Source: Laetmonice hystrix (taxonomy: Eukaryota). Taken from it: a DNA stretch of 64,000 nucleotides. The notes under the pieces are model-generated. The model saw nothing but the letters and a program-made list of their open reading frames with translations, ran no database searches and was not told the origin of the DNA. Below, one piece after another: positions 48,959 through 60,721 of this stretch (its first letter is position 1; the number at the start of each line of letters is the position of its first letter). The stretch lies in the NCBI GenBank assembly GCA_965235115.1, contig OZ249444.1, positions 2,046,001-2,110,000 of the forward strand, written 5' to 3'. Both the position numbers and the translations under genes were made by a program.

Positions 48959-51095
48959 GTGGTAGATAGGGAAGGTGAGGCCGGTTATGAGGATATGGCT
49001 GGTTCTCAATGTGGTTGTGAGTCTCACAGGCCGGTGAGCATAGATAACGCAAGTGTCGGTATAGGTGTCGCTAGTGTCGACAATGGAGGTTCGCGTGGTG
49101 TCTGTGGGGTTGATGGCATGGGCAGGGCTATCAGCCAGGATGACGACGTGAATTGTGGACGACGTAGTTGTGGAACTACACATGTTTATGACAGTAGAGT
49201 TGTTACTAACACACTTGATGAGGGGAAATTCGGATCCCCGCTGTCCGGCGCAGATGTTGGGGAGTCAGGTGTGGAGCGCGGTTTTGTGACTGTGAATCAG
49301 CTATCATCTTTAGGTCTAGGAGATGGTATCTTCTCTCGTGTTCCGGCCATAGTGAGAGTAGTAACACAAACGGGGAAAGTTTTTTCCAGACCATGTCAGG
49401 GTGTCTGTCAGGGTAGGCATGTTTTACAGAGCTGCAAGCTCCAATTGAATCCGTGTGCCTTTTTCGATGAGTGTTTCGCCGGGGGTGAGGCCGATGTCAA
49501 CGCGGAATTCATAATCGAAGGCGTGACTGGCGGGTTCCCCATAGTCGATGCCAGCTTCGACGACAGTTATATATGCCAGAATTATGATTCAATCTTGCAG
49601 GACGAGTTTAGGTCCCAGATGGACCAGATGGTGTCGGATGAGCTAGCCTCTGGTAAGGTCATGGTCGTCAGTGAACCCCCCTTTGTGTTCATGCCATGGG
49701 TGCCGTTAGAAAGAAACTAAGTGGCGGACTTAGGCCAATTACAGATGCGAAGCGTCCCGTAGGTAGGAGCATCAATTCATTCATGGAGTCTACATGTGAG
49801 AAATCTTCTTATCTCAGGATCGACGAGGTTGTGGAGGCTGTGGAACATGGGTGCTTCTTTGCAGTAGTGGATATTAAGTCCGCTTATCGATCCCTGCACA
49901 TAAGACCAGAGCATAGAACATATCAGGGATTCTCATGGGTAGTCGGGGGGTCGCCCGAGTGGCTGGTGGACTGTGCCTTGGGTTTTGGGTTGCGGTGTAG
50001 CCCTTGGATCTTTACCCAGATTACAGAGTTTGTCCTTCGCCGTGTAGGGGAGTCAGCTGGGCGTTCGGATACTTGGATGATTTCGTGGTCTTGGGTTCAG
50101 ACCACGCTCAGTGTGAAGATAATCTGGAAATTCTTCTTACAGTTCTTATGGAGCTGGGCTTCGATATTAACTGGGCCAAAGTTGTATTGCCATGTCAGAA
50201 GGTAATTTACCTGGGTCTCGAGTTGGACAGTATAGAGATGCAAGTTAGACTGCCAGATGACAAGCTAGTTAGGTAGTGTGAGTTGGTGGAAGAGTTCTTG
50301 TCGAAGAGTGTAGCTTCCAAAAAAGAATTACAGTCTTTGTGTGGTCATTTGTCTCACGCTAGCACAGTGGTCCGAGGTGGTCGTACCTTTTCTCGTAGGG
50401 TGGTGAACCTAGTCAAGTACTTCCCAGAAGGCGCTCGGGTCATTAGGCTGCCAGCATGGTTGTCTGATGATTTAGCCTGGTGGTCCAGGTTCATCCGTGT
50501 CTTCAATGGCTGCGCAAAAATGTTGAGCACGTCGGGGTCCCCCCTTTTTGAGGTGGAAACTGATTCATCGAAAACCGGATTTGGAGCGACGTGTGCAGGC
50601 GATTGGTTTCTGGGTGTGTGGGATCCAGGCTGGATAGGGAACGGTTCTGCATTGATTCCCGGCCACCATTGGGAGGAGTCCCCAGGCGATTGTTCTGATG
50701 CAGATTCAATTAATCTGCTCGAGTTATGGCCTATAGTGTCAGCAGCTAGGAGGTGGGGGCCTTGTTGGAAAGATAGCAGGGTAGTCGTCTACACAGATAA
50801 CACTGAGACACAAAGGTGCATCAACAGTGGTCGTAGCAGTAGCGTTCGTTCCATGTTCTGGTTGCGGGAACTATTCTGGTTGAGTTTTGTTTTTAATTTC
50901 GAGATTTCGGCACAAAGGGTGTCCTCAGCCGACAATATAGTCCCCGACTTCTTGTCGCGCTTCTTTGACCCTCGCTCATCGACCGCCCCTGACCCTGCCT
51001 TATTGGAATCACTTTGTTGTTTCAGGGCAGGAGTTGGAAGATCGGGTCAGATTCTTCCAGTCGAAATGGCTGGCAGCCAGTTCTCAAACGACTAG
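48959..51095 (+). pseudogene. Ngaro ORF2 (RT-RNase H)
   Basis: VDIKSAY, GFGLRCSP, GYLDDF, ETDSS, INLLELWP; two frameshifts and one in-frame stop. Confidence 0.9.
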
Positions 51096-51987
51096 GCAGT
51101 CACAGTGGCGGTTTTATTTCAAGTTCTGTACCGAGTTTGGGATCGACGTTCCTTTACCAGCTTCACTGGATACAGTTTTGTTGTATGTAGCCTATATGGC
51201 CGATAGACTCAAGTATGTATCCCTAATTAATTATCTGTCCGCCCTGTGGAGTCTACATAAGCTGAATGGTTTCACCCATGTTGATCCTGGAAATTTCGAA
51301 CTACAGATGACACTAAACGGCATTAAAAGGTCCATTGGCTGCGCCACGAAGCAAGCTAGGCCATTGAAGGTGACTTTGGATTTGATCAAGTCGGAGGACG
51401 TCGCCTTATGGGTCGCTATCTTATTATGTTTTAGAGGCTTCCTGAGAAAGAGTAATGTAGTGGAGGAGGAAATGTCCATCAAAGTTCAGGACTTGTCTTG
51501 GGAAACGTGGGGAGTTGGGGTCTCCGTGAGGAGGTCAAAGACGATCTCTTATGGGGAGAGGGTTCTCTTCATTCCTTTTACTACACTCAGGGGTTCTATT
51601 TTTTGTGTTGAGTTCTATGTTAAGTTGCTTCTTTCTGTAGTTGTGTTTCCATCAGGTCAGTCACAATTAGTATCGTACATGTCGGGCGGTAGGTGGGTTA
51701 GGGGTACCTACAAGTGGTTTCCTGACCGTCTGCGCCAATTGTGTAGTATGTTGAATCTATCTACGTTTACCACGCACTCTCTAAGGAGAGGAGGTGCCAC
51801 GGCTCTACATGAGTCGGGGTTTTCACTCTCTGACATTCGTGACTTAGGAGACTGGCGGAGCATGTCTGTCTTCTTGTATCTTCAAAGGACGTTGGAGAGC
51901 CGCCTACGCTTGGACCAAGAGATTAAGGCGAAGGTGTTCGGCGTGAAATTGGATCAGGAGAGTGAAAAGGGTAGATGGTATGTGTGA
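50965..51987 (+). CDS. Ngaro tyrosine recombinase
   Basis: Catalytic R (CFRGFLRKSN), K (RSKT), H-x-x-R (HSLRRGGA), W (GDWRS) and Y (VFLYL); overlaps ORF2 in another frame. Confidence 0.9.
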   Translation: MTLAHRPPLTLPYWNHFVVSGQELEDRVRFFQSKWLAASSQTTRQSQWRFYFKFCTEFGIDVPLPASLDTVLLYVAYMADRLKYVSLINYLSALWSLHKLNGFTHVDPGNFELQMTLNGIKRSIGCATKQARPLKVTLDLIKSEDVALWVAILLCFRGFLRKSNVVEEEMSIKVQDLSWETWGVGVSVRRSKTISYGERVLFIPFTTLRGSIFCVEFYVKLLLSVVVFPSGQSQLVSYMSGGRWVRGTYKWFPDRLRQLCSMLNLSTFTTHSLRRGGATALHESGFSLSDIRDLGDWRSMSVFLYLQRTLESRLRLDQEIKAKVFGVKLDQESEKGRWYV

Positions 51988-52390
51988 GTTTGGCGTGTGG
52001 CAGCGTTATCCGTTTACACTTAGTAAATATCGCCAAACTCACGTGTGTTTTTGTGTTATCTTTGGACGCAGCAGCGAAGGATTTATGAACATGATAAAAC
52101 TATAGTTTTAACTGTGTATAAATCCAAGGGAGGTGCAGTGCTTCCCGCCGTCGACGCCAGGGGGCAGTCGCGGAGCTGGACCGTTCTAATTCGCGCCACC
52201 GGGGTCAGCACACTCCTCGACACTGCACGGAGCACACGCAATTTTTTTTTTTTTGTTTGTTTTTGTTTGTTTGTTTAATTCTTCTCTTTGCTCCGAATGG
52301 TTATGGCAGCGTTATCCGTTTACACTTAGTAAATATCGCCAAACTCACGTGTGTTTTTGTGTTATCTTTGCACGCAGCAGCGAAGGATTT

Positions 52391-52608
52391 ATAAAAGAAA
52401 TCAATTAGTGCAAAGAACGACAAGACAGTCAGATCACTTTAATCTGCCACCCATAGGATGTAACTTGGTAGGAAAATCGTTATTCTTCCAAGGACCTAAA
52501 GTTTTTAATAAAATTGTAAAGGATGGCAACATCCAACTTAATGTATCAATTCATACATTTAAACGCCACTTAAAAAAGGAAATCATAAGTAATCTTGAGA
52601 TAACTTAA
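52391..52608 (+). pseudogene. LINE ORF2 C-terminus
   Basis: (N)KRNQLVQRTTRQ...FQGPKVFN; in frame with ...IITSLF after removing the Ngaro element. Confidence 0.85.
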
Positions 52609-55600
52609 TGGTAATTATCATTTATCTATTACCTTCACTAGCCCTTTTCATCTAACTCATTTTATTTGTTGTTTTATTGTTTTTCTCTGCTTCCAAATAT
52701 TACCCTTATCATATCGTTCCCGGTTTGTCGCTTGTGTTGAGCTACTATTTATATAAATGATTGTATGTATATACAGGATGTAAATAAGTTCCTCTGTGAG
52801 GACTTCCTCATCCCTACTAAACTATGTACAAGCACACTTGGAAATAAAACACCATTTCAATTCAAATTCAATTCAATTCTACCTCGTCATTGTCACCTTT
52901 CTGTAGCAACATTGCACCTGCAGCCTCATCACTCGCGTCCACTGCTATTGAAAATGGTCGGCCAAAGTCAGGTGACCTGAGTACCGGATAGTGACACAAA
53001 ATTGTCTTTAATTTATCAAGTGCCTTTTGGCAATGTTCATCCCATGTGAACTTTACATTTTTCTTGAGTTGGTTGGTGAGAGGTAGAGCAACATCAGCAA
53101 AATTCTTGCAGAACTTCCGATAATACCCTACCATCCCCAAGAATCGTCTTAGGGACTTTTTATTTGTTGGAACGGGGAAAATTGCCTGAACTTTAGCATC
53201 TACAGGTGCTACCTGACCTTGACCAATTTCATAGCCAAGATATGTGACCTTGGCACACCCAAATTCACTTTTGTTAAGGTTGACTGTCAAGTTCGCTTCA
53301 GACAACCGTTGAAACAAATTCTCCACATCCTGGAGATGTTCTACCCATGAATCACTTCCTGTGATTAAGTCGTCAACATAAGCATCAGTGTCAGGTAGAT
53401 CTTTAATCACTGACTGTATCATCCTTTGAAACGTAGCAGGAGCATTTTTCATTCCGAAGGGAAGAACTTGATACTCATACAGACCAGATGGTGTGACAAA
53501 AGCTGATATTTCCCTGGCTCTCTCAGTCAAGGGAACACACCAGTAACCTTTTAACAAATCAATCTTGGTGAGGTATTTTGCTTTACCCACTTTATCAATA
53601 CAATCATCCACTCTAGGAATAGGAAACACATCAGTCTTACTGACTGCATTCACCTTTCTATAATCTGTACAAAACCTTGTACTACCATCAGGCTTAGGAA
53701 CCAATACACAGGGTGAACTCCAATTTGAGTGGGATGGTTGAATAATGTCATGCTCCAACATATATTTTACCTCACTTTCAGCAATCTTACATTTTTCTGG
53801 GTTCATCCGATAGGGATGTTGTTTAATGGGTGTGGCATCCCCAACATCAACATCATGAACAGTCACTGATGTCCTCTTTGGAACATCAGCAAACATACCT
53901 TGATACCTAAATACCAACTCTTTTATTTGTTCTTGTTTCTCATGCTCTAAATGGGCAACTTTCACATCAAAGTGTTGCAAAACCTCTGAATTGGACAGCT
54001 TACAAGGAAGAATATCAGGCTTGACCTTTGGTTCCTCCTCCTGACACACAACACTGTCCTCCGAACTCTCAACACCATCCTCAACAACGGTCACAACACT
54101 CACAGACCTGTCATGATATGGCTTTAACATGTTGACATGGCAAAGTTGTGTAGGTTTTCTCCTATCTGGGGTCTTGACAACGTCATTGAGGTTATTCACC
54201 TTCGAGTGGATTTCATACGGCCCGTGAAACCTAGCCTGCAACGGGTTGGATTGAAGGGAAACAACACCAACACTTTCTGTCCTGGCTGGAACACTCTAGA
54301 TCTAGCCTTTCTATCATACCAAGTTTTCATCTTTCTTTGACTAGACTCCAAATTATCCTTAGCCATTGAACATGCCTTATGCACCCTTTCCTTAAACTTC
54401 ACCACGTAATCCAACAGACTGACATGTGTTTCTGAATCCTGCCACTGAGCACTCAACAAAGCCAATGGGCCTCGAACCTCATGGCCAAACACCTACTCAA
54501 AAGGACTAAAACCAGTCGACTCCTGAACTGCCTCCCTGGCAGCGAACACCAACAGATGAACACCTTCATCCCAGTCCTTCTTGTTGTCTTCACAATATGC
54601 TCTCATCATAGTCTTCAGAGTTCCATGAAATCGTTCCAAAGCGCCTTGACTTTCTGGATGATAAGCACTGGAAGTGATCTGTTTCACCCCAAGCTCATAC
54701 ACAACCTGTTGAAACAACCCAGACATGAAATTGCTACCTTGGTCCGACTAAAACTCTTTTGGGAGACCAACCAACGTGAAGAACTTAATCAGGGCCTTTG
54801 TAATCGTCTTAGGCTTTATGTGCCTCAGAGGGACTGCCTCAGGAAACCTTGTAGCCGCACACATTATCGTCAGCAAATATTGATTCCCAGACCTAGTCTT
54901 GGACAACGGACCTACACAGTGTATGATCACCCTGGAAAATGGTTCTCCCAGAGCTGGAATGGGTTGCAATGGAGCCACAGGAGGATCTGACGTGTGTTTA
55001 CCAACAACCTGACAAGTATGACAAGTTCGACAAAAGGTGGACACATCCTTCCTCAACCCTGGCCAGAAGAACTGCTTTGAGATCTTGTTAACTGTCTTGT
55101 TAACACCAAAATGACCTCCTAATGGCAAACTATGTGCCATGGCCAATATATCCTTCCTATAAACGCTAGGAACTACAACTTGACGAACAACTGTCCACTC
55201 TTCGTTAGCAGGACTATCAGGGGGTCGCCATTTCTTCATCAACACTCCATTTTCAAGATAGTAACCAACCAGCACTTTCTCAATTTCCTCCTTGGGGAGA
55301 GCCTTGTCCCTCAATTCACCAACCTCAGGATCACCAATCTGTTCCTTAATCAGCTGATTCCTGGACAACGGCAAATCCTCAGACACTGTAAGATCACCAG
55401 ACCTATCACCAGAATCCTGCTCGAAAACAGAACCAAAAAACGTGTCTGCAAGATCATCAAAGGTAGAAGTCTTCTTAGACCCTACCGAGTCACAACCAGT
55501 TTTTCCTGCATCATGACATTGGCAAGTGCTAGACTGCACATAATCCTCCTCTTCCTTAGCCCTTTTTGCCATAGCCCGAGTCATTGCACACGAAGGAAAC

Positions 55601-56506
55601 AAAGTGGGATCCTCACTAACTTCCTCAGTGCTCGGCTTAGACGTCATCTGGATCGAGGGGACAACTTTTCCACCAGCCAGGTCGTTTCCCAGCAACAAAG
55701 AAACACCCTTAATCGGAAGACTTGATCTAGTTCCTACCCTCACCTGTCCTGTAACTAAGTCCGACTTTAAATACACAGAGTGCAGAGGTACAGTAACCGT
55801 TCTCCCTTCAATACCCTGAACAAGTAGGAAATCACCAGTAGCCGACTCATCACATAAGGCCAACGCGTCCTCTAACAAAAGTGACTGAGATGCTCCAGTG
55901 TCTCGAAGAATCCTAATGGGTACAGGAGACGAATTCTCACTCAGAGAAACAAATCCCTCTGACACAAATGGGAGAAACTCCTCCCTCACAAGGTCAGACA
56001 TCTCTGGCTCCTTAGCCTCAAAAGAACTAGGTGGATCCACAGAACTAGCTTTCACAATAGGTGCCTCTATACAAGATCTAACTAGAGCATTTGGAACTGC
56101 GACTTTTTCTTTCCTTCTCTTAAGAACCCAACAATCCGACATAACATGACCTGGTTTCTTGCAATAATTGCATGTGGGGCTGACAGATTTGTCCTTGGAC
56201 TCACTTTTACCATCATTGCTCTTGTTTCTGCTGTCATTTCTCTGGAAACTTGGTTTGGTATCATTGTCTTTCTTCTTGTAGAACTGAGACTTCTCACCGG
56301 ACCCAAATCTGGACTTATGAGTGAGTGCATACTCATCTGCTAATTTTGCAGCTTTCTGTAGAGTAATGGCTTCTCTCTCATTAAGATAGGTCTTAATATC
56401 ATCGTTGACACAGCACTTGAACTCCTCAACCAACATCAAATCCTTCAACTTGTCAAAGTCCTTGTCAACCGACATTGAGTTGCACTAACGTTCAAAGAAC
56501 CCCTCC

Positions 56507-57538
56507 GGTGTCCCCCCATAAGTCCGACATATCATAAGTCCGACATATCACAAGTCTGACATCCCACAAGTCCGACAACTCATAAGTCCGACATATCATA
56601 AGTCCGACATATCACAAGTCCGACAACTCATAAGTCCGACATATCACAAGTCCGACAACTCATAAGTCCGACATCCCATAAGTCCGACAGACCACAAGTG
56701 TGAAAGGTATTTGTAGGCCTATTCTATCATCAAACACATATACCCAAAGAACAGGAGAAAATTTACCTCTTCATCTTACTGGGTTGCAATCCCATTTTTT
56801 GGGACGCTTATGATTTTAAAGTGTTCTATGTGTGGGTTTTCCCTGATCCAAATTGATATGGCAACCGAAAGAGCAAAGAATGCATTTCATGATTTTTTTT
56901 TATTCTTCTTCTCAATATGATACATTATCATCGCTAGCACGTGTAAAATAATTACAGAATGAAAAAAAAAATCATAGACGAATAACTAAAGCCGAACTCT
57001 GATACATTACCATCGGTAGCACGTGTCAAATAATTACAAAATGAAAAAGAAAATCATAGACGAATAACTAAAGCCGAACTCTGATACATTATCATCGGTA
57101 GCACGTTAGGGTTAGGGTTAGGGTTAGGGTTAGCTGATATTGATATTGATAGCTGCAACCTTGAGTTATTGCACGAAATATCATTTCAAAATGGCCGCCG
57201 TGGCGGCCATATTGGTTGGCGGAGCGGGCCCAAAATACCATCCTCTTCCTCTCTTGAAATACCAACCCATTCACCATTGTGCTGTTTGCTAATGGTAAGA
57301 ACTTTAATTTCAAAATCACCCAAGATAACCCCTTATTGTCGGACTTATGGGATGTCGGACTTATAGTACTTCGGACTTATGGTACCTTTTTCTGAATGTC
57401 GGACTTATGGGACGTCGGACTTATGGGATGTCGGAATTGTGGTAAATTTATAAAATGATTTTCCCATTGTCGGACTTGTGAGATGTCGCACTTGTGATGT
57501 GTCAGACTTATGGGATGTCAGACTTATGGGGGGGAATC
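56507..57538. mobile_element. MITE with subterminal ATAAGTCCGAC arrays, an internal ~83-bp tandem repeat and (TTAGGG)4
   Basis: TIR G(G/A)T(G/T)(T/C)CCCCCCATAAGTC; imperfect 8-bp TSD ACCCCTCC (56499-56506) vs ACACCTCC (57539-57546); interrupts gag DKEVFFER. Confidence 0.85.
57106..57133 (+). repeat. Interstitial (TTAGGG)4 TTAG
   Basis: Directly visible, inside the MITE. Confidence 0.95.
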
Positions 57539-58528
57539 ACACCTCCTTGTCATGAGCAAACTCCACATAAGTCTGACTGTCCCTCTTTTTCCAATTTCTA
57601 AACTTTTGCCTGTAAGCTTCTAGAACTAACTCATATGCCGTCAAAATGGCTTTCTTGACAATCTCATAATCTGAGGAATCCTGAACCGACAATGCAGAAT
57701 ATGCCTGTTGTGCTTTTCCTTTGATAACACTCTGCAACATCAGAGGCCAGTATTGCGGTGGCCATTCCAGACTCTCAGCTACCTTTTCAAAATGTTGAAA
57801 GTACTTGTCTACTTCTTTTTCATCAAATGGAGGAACTAACCTAACTTCTCGGCTAGCAGCAAACCTCTGGGTGTCATCTGAATGGCTTCTTCCTCCTCCA
57901 CTCAACCTAAGTTTTTCTAACGTAAACTGTCGCTGTCTCTCTTTCTCCTCTGCTTCAAACCGTTCTTTCTCTTTTAACTTGGCTAACTCAAGTTTTTCTT
58001 TGTCTAACTCGAACTGTCTTTGTTTCTCTTTCTCTGCTAACTCAAACTGTTCCTTCTCTTTCAATTTCTCTAACTTCTCTAATTCAAACCGTTCCTTTTC
58101 TCTCATTTTGGCTATCTCAAGTTCTTCTGTTTCTTTTACTTTGGCTAACTTCTCTAATTAAAATTGCCTTTGTTTTTCTTTCTCTTCTAACTCCTTCATT
58201 TTGAGTTTGAATTCCATGTCTGACATGGGTTTCCCTTTTTCAATGTCCACAAACTGATTTAACTCATCTGCTGTAAAGACATCTTCTTTATAATAGAACT
58301 CAGCTATTTTTCCTTGGAGAACCTGCCTTTGTCATACCTTTTGTCACCTCCTCTAACTCACATTTCTCAGCAACTGCTAACAACTCAGACTTTTTAAGCT
58401 TCCTCAACTCATCTACAGTTGCCACAGAATCATCTACGGCCGCTGACATTTTGAGTAAGAATGTTCTTGAAACAAAGATGGTGGACAATTTCTAAAATAA
58501 TGGCTCAATGTGCCAAATTTGTTCAGTT

Positions 58529-58545
58529 TCCCGGACGAGCCCCCA
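58529..58545 (-). promoter_or_regulatory. Primer-binding site of D, perfect tRNA-Pro match
   Basis: Minus strand reads TGGGGGCTCGTCCGGGA. Confidence 0.93.
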
Positions 58546-58550
58546 ATTTA

Positions 58551-59419
58551 TGTTACGTAGCCAACAGCAGTAGATGACAAACACCTAGAATTTAATTTTA
58601 AACTATTTAATGAATCCTCACAGTTACACAATGATGACAAAATAAAGTCTGATTCACAATCATAAAACTCAGTGTTTTACCTTCTGGAATGTTCCTACCA
58701 TCTATTGTGGTCTATTGTCCCGTCTGCAATTCCAGAACGTTCTCAGTCCATACGCAAATCCAAATCAGAGTTCGAATAAAGTTCCAGTTTGTTTCCTCCG
58801 TGGATTTCACAAGCACAATGCCAACACGTAAATCCAAAGTTCACATAAAGCTCCAGTGGTTTTCCTCCGTGGTTTTCACAAGCACAATGTCCACAGCACA
58901 AGTTCAGATATGTACTCCAGGAATCCGTGGATAAATCTTCCTATTGAAGTCTCCAACTTCAGTAGCACACGAATTGAAGACCCGTAGCCCTAGGCTATAG
59001 TCTACTGTCCACCTACAGCTCCAGGCCCAAATACGACAGCTTTTGTAATCCCACACTGAGTGATAATACACAATCTCACAATCGTCAATCAGGTCTTGTT
59101 CCAACGTAGTCGTAGTCACTAAACTACACTCTCTATTAGATCTCAACGCAAGTCTCCCCGCATCATCAGTTCTACCAGCTTATATACCTTCAGTTTAAGA
59201 ACCTTCTCGTTGTAAAATGTTCGTCTGTCACTGGATAATTCTAGTTGTTTGAGAACTTTCTGGTTTCCGACTATTATGGGAACTTTCTGGTCTCACTGTG
59301 AAAACCTGGAACCTCCACCTTAAGCTCCCTCTGGTGTCACATTTAACTACCAGACCACAGCGCCACCTGGCGGATTAGAACTATCCTACACTGAGGAATT
59401 CTACCTCACACACATCACA
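58551..59419 (-). repeat. Gypsy D 5' LTR
   Basis: Direct repeat of 26859-27727. Confidence 0.96.
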
Positions 59420-59539
59420 ATATTAATATAATAATGAATAATTATATTAAATCTAAATACTGGCTGATATCTTGTCCAAGATAATATTCTGGACCAAAAG
59501 TCCAGTCTAAAATTGCGAAAAGTTGGAGCTTTTGGACAA

Positions 59540-60090
59540 TAGACAGGTTCTGCTATCCCGGCTCCGGCTTAGGACAGCGTCGCGTCATCAGAAAATACTG
59601 TGACGTCATCGATACGCGCGTATTTGAAGCTGAGCCGTTCCCGGGTCAGCTCTGTCCCGTAAGTGTCTAACGGCGTAGGGTTTTTCTTGATTTCTTCTTT
59701 CCATGAGTTGATGGATTTGAAGTGTCAAGTAGTTGGATTAATATTTGAAGACTCGGCTGTCAGCACAATTATCTCGTGGTATTTTCAACTATTTTGGTCA
59801 TAAAGTGATGTGCTGTTTTGCATTCACTGCAGCTATAGGCTGTATCATCGCATGGCGTTCACAGGGCAACACAATCTGTCAGAGCAGCCAACTCGACCAA
59901 AGTCAAATCACCCGCCATATTCACTCTTGTGTTTGTTGTTGTCATGTTGTTGTTATGGTAACCTGGCCACCTACTATTACACGGCGGCGCCGGCGTAGCA
60001 GAACCAAAATACGACATTCCGTCTCCGGCTCCGAGATCGGCATAGCCGATCCCGGAGCCGGAGGCGGAACGGGATAGCAGAACCTGTCTA
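59540..60090. mobile_element. MITE with a 21-bp perfect TIR (TAGACAGGTTCTGCTATCCCG)
   Basis: 59540-59560 is the reverse complement of 60070-60090. The terminal TA may be the TSD. Confidence 0.85.
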
Positions 60091-60264
60091 CTGGCACGCC
60101 CCCCCCCCCGGCTAGGGGCCTGACTGTGAATTAAAGATAGCCTATATGGGCGAAAGCCTACATGTAGTTTTGCCTGAACATTAAACATGAAATCATCTGG
60201 GGGGGAAATCAAATTAATCCTATGTGAACTCAAAATAATATGGAATGCCGTTGGTATTCAGCAT

Positions 60265-60710
60265 TTACAGATATCTTCAAATATTTGAAGATATCTTCAA
60301 TTCATTTGAAGATATCCACAATTCATTTGAAGATATCCATAATTCATTTACAGATATCTGGAAATCAGCATCTATACATATATCTTCAAATGATTTGAAG
60401 ATATATGTAAATGAATTGTGGATATCTGTAAATGAATTGTGGATATCTGTAATTCAAATGAAAATATCTGTAATTCTTTTTAAGATGTCCTTAATAGAAT
60501 TAAGGTTATGTGCGAACATCACTTTAAATGTATAGCTTAAATTGTTTTGCAGATATCCCTAAAATAATTCAAGATATCTTCAAATCATTTGGGGATATCT
60601 TTAAATCATATGAGGATATCTTCATATCATTTAAAGATATCTTCAATTCATTTAAAGATATCTTTAAATATTTGCAGATATCTGAAAATATTTAAAGATA
60701 TCTAAAGATA
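60265..60710. repeat. AT-rich palindromic element built of ~21-bp GATATC-containing units
   Basis: Repeated gatatcttcaattcatttgaa units in both orientations. Confidence 0.8.
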
Positions 60711-60721
60711 CCCAATCGGAA

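Larger units (their letters stand above)
47383..52390 (+). mobile_element. Ngaro-type tyrosine-recombinase (DIRS order) retrotransposon with split direct repeats
   Basis: A1 47383-47545, B1 51998-52084, A2 52085-52247, B2 52304-52390; Gag, RT/RH and YR ORFs; no TSD. Confidence 0.93.
28151..52876 (+). mobile_element. CR1/L2-group LINE (ORF2 only, 5'-truncated), split by Gypsy E and the Ngaro element
   Basis: APE domain (NIRSL, CIYRPP, FGDFN, IDNIF, SDHYP) and RT (YRPISLL, LDFSKAFDTV, GV|PQGSVLGP, FADDS). Ends AATAAA...(TTCAA)n at 52843-52876, flanked by TTCT at 28147-28150 and 52877-52880. Confidence 0.92.
52881..58449 (-). pseudogene. Gypsy D gag-pol (Gag, PR, IN, RT, RNase H N-part)
   Basis: Start ATG at 58449; DTGASQS; HSLPLGGH...CRTC; SDQG...ALERFHG; YVDD; AVDASD. 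Contains several stops and frameshifts and a MITE at 56507-57538. Confidence 0.93.
26859..59419 (-). mobile_element. Gmr1-type Gypsy retrotransposon D (same family as B), expanded to 32.6 kb by nested insertions
   Basis: 869-bp LTRs at 26859-27727 and 58551-59419 (about 29 mismatches); TSD ATAT at 26855-26858 and 59420-59423; PPT at 27728-27737. RNase H rejoins as DNDEV|EHPIAYF across 52881/28150. Confidence 0.95.

Noticed and set aside
57106-57133. True telomere or chromosome-fusion site
   Set aside because: Only four units, embedded in a TIR/TSD-bounded MITE.
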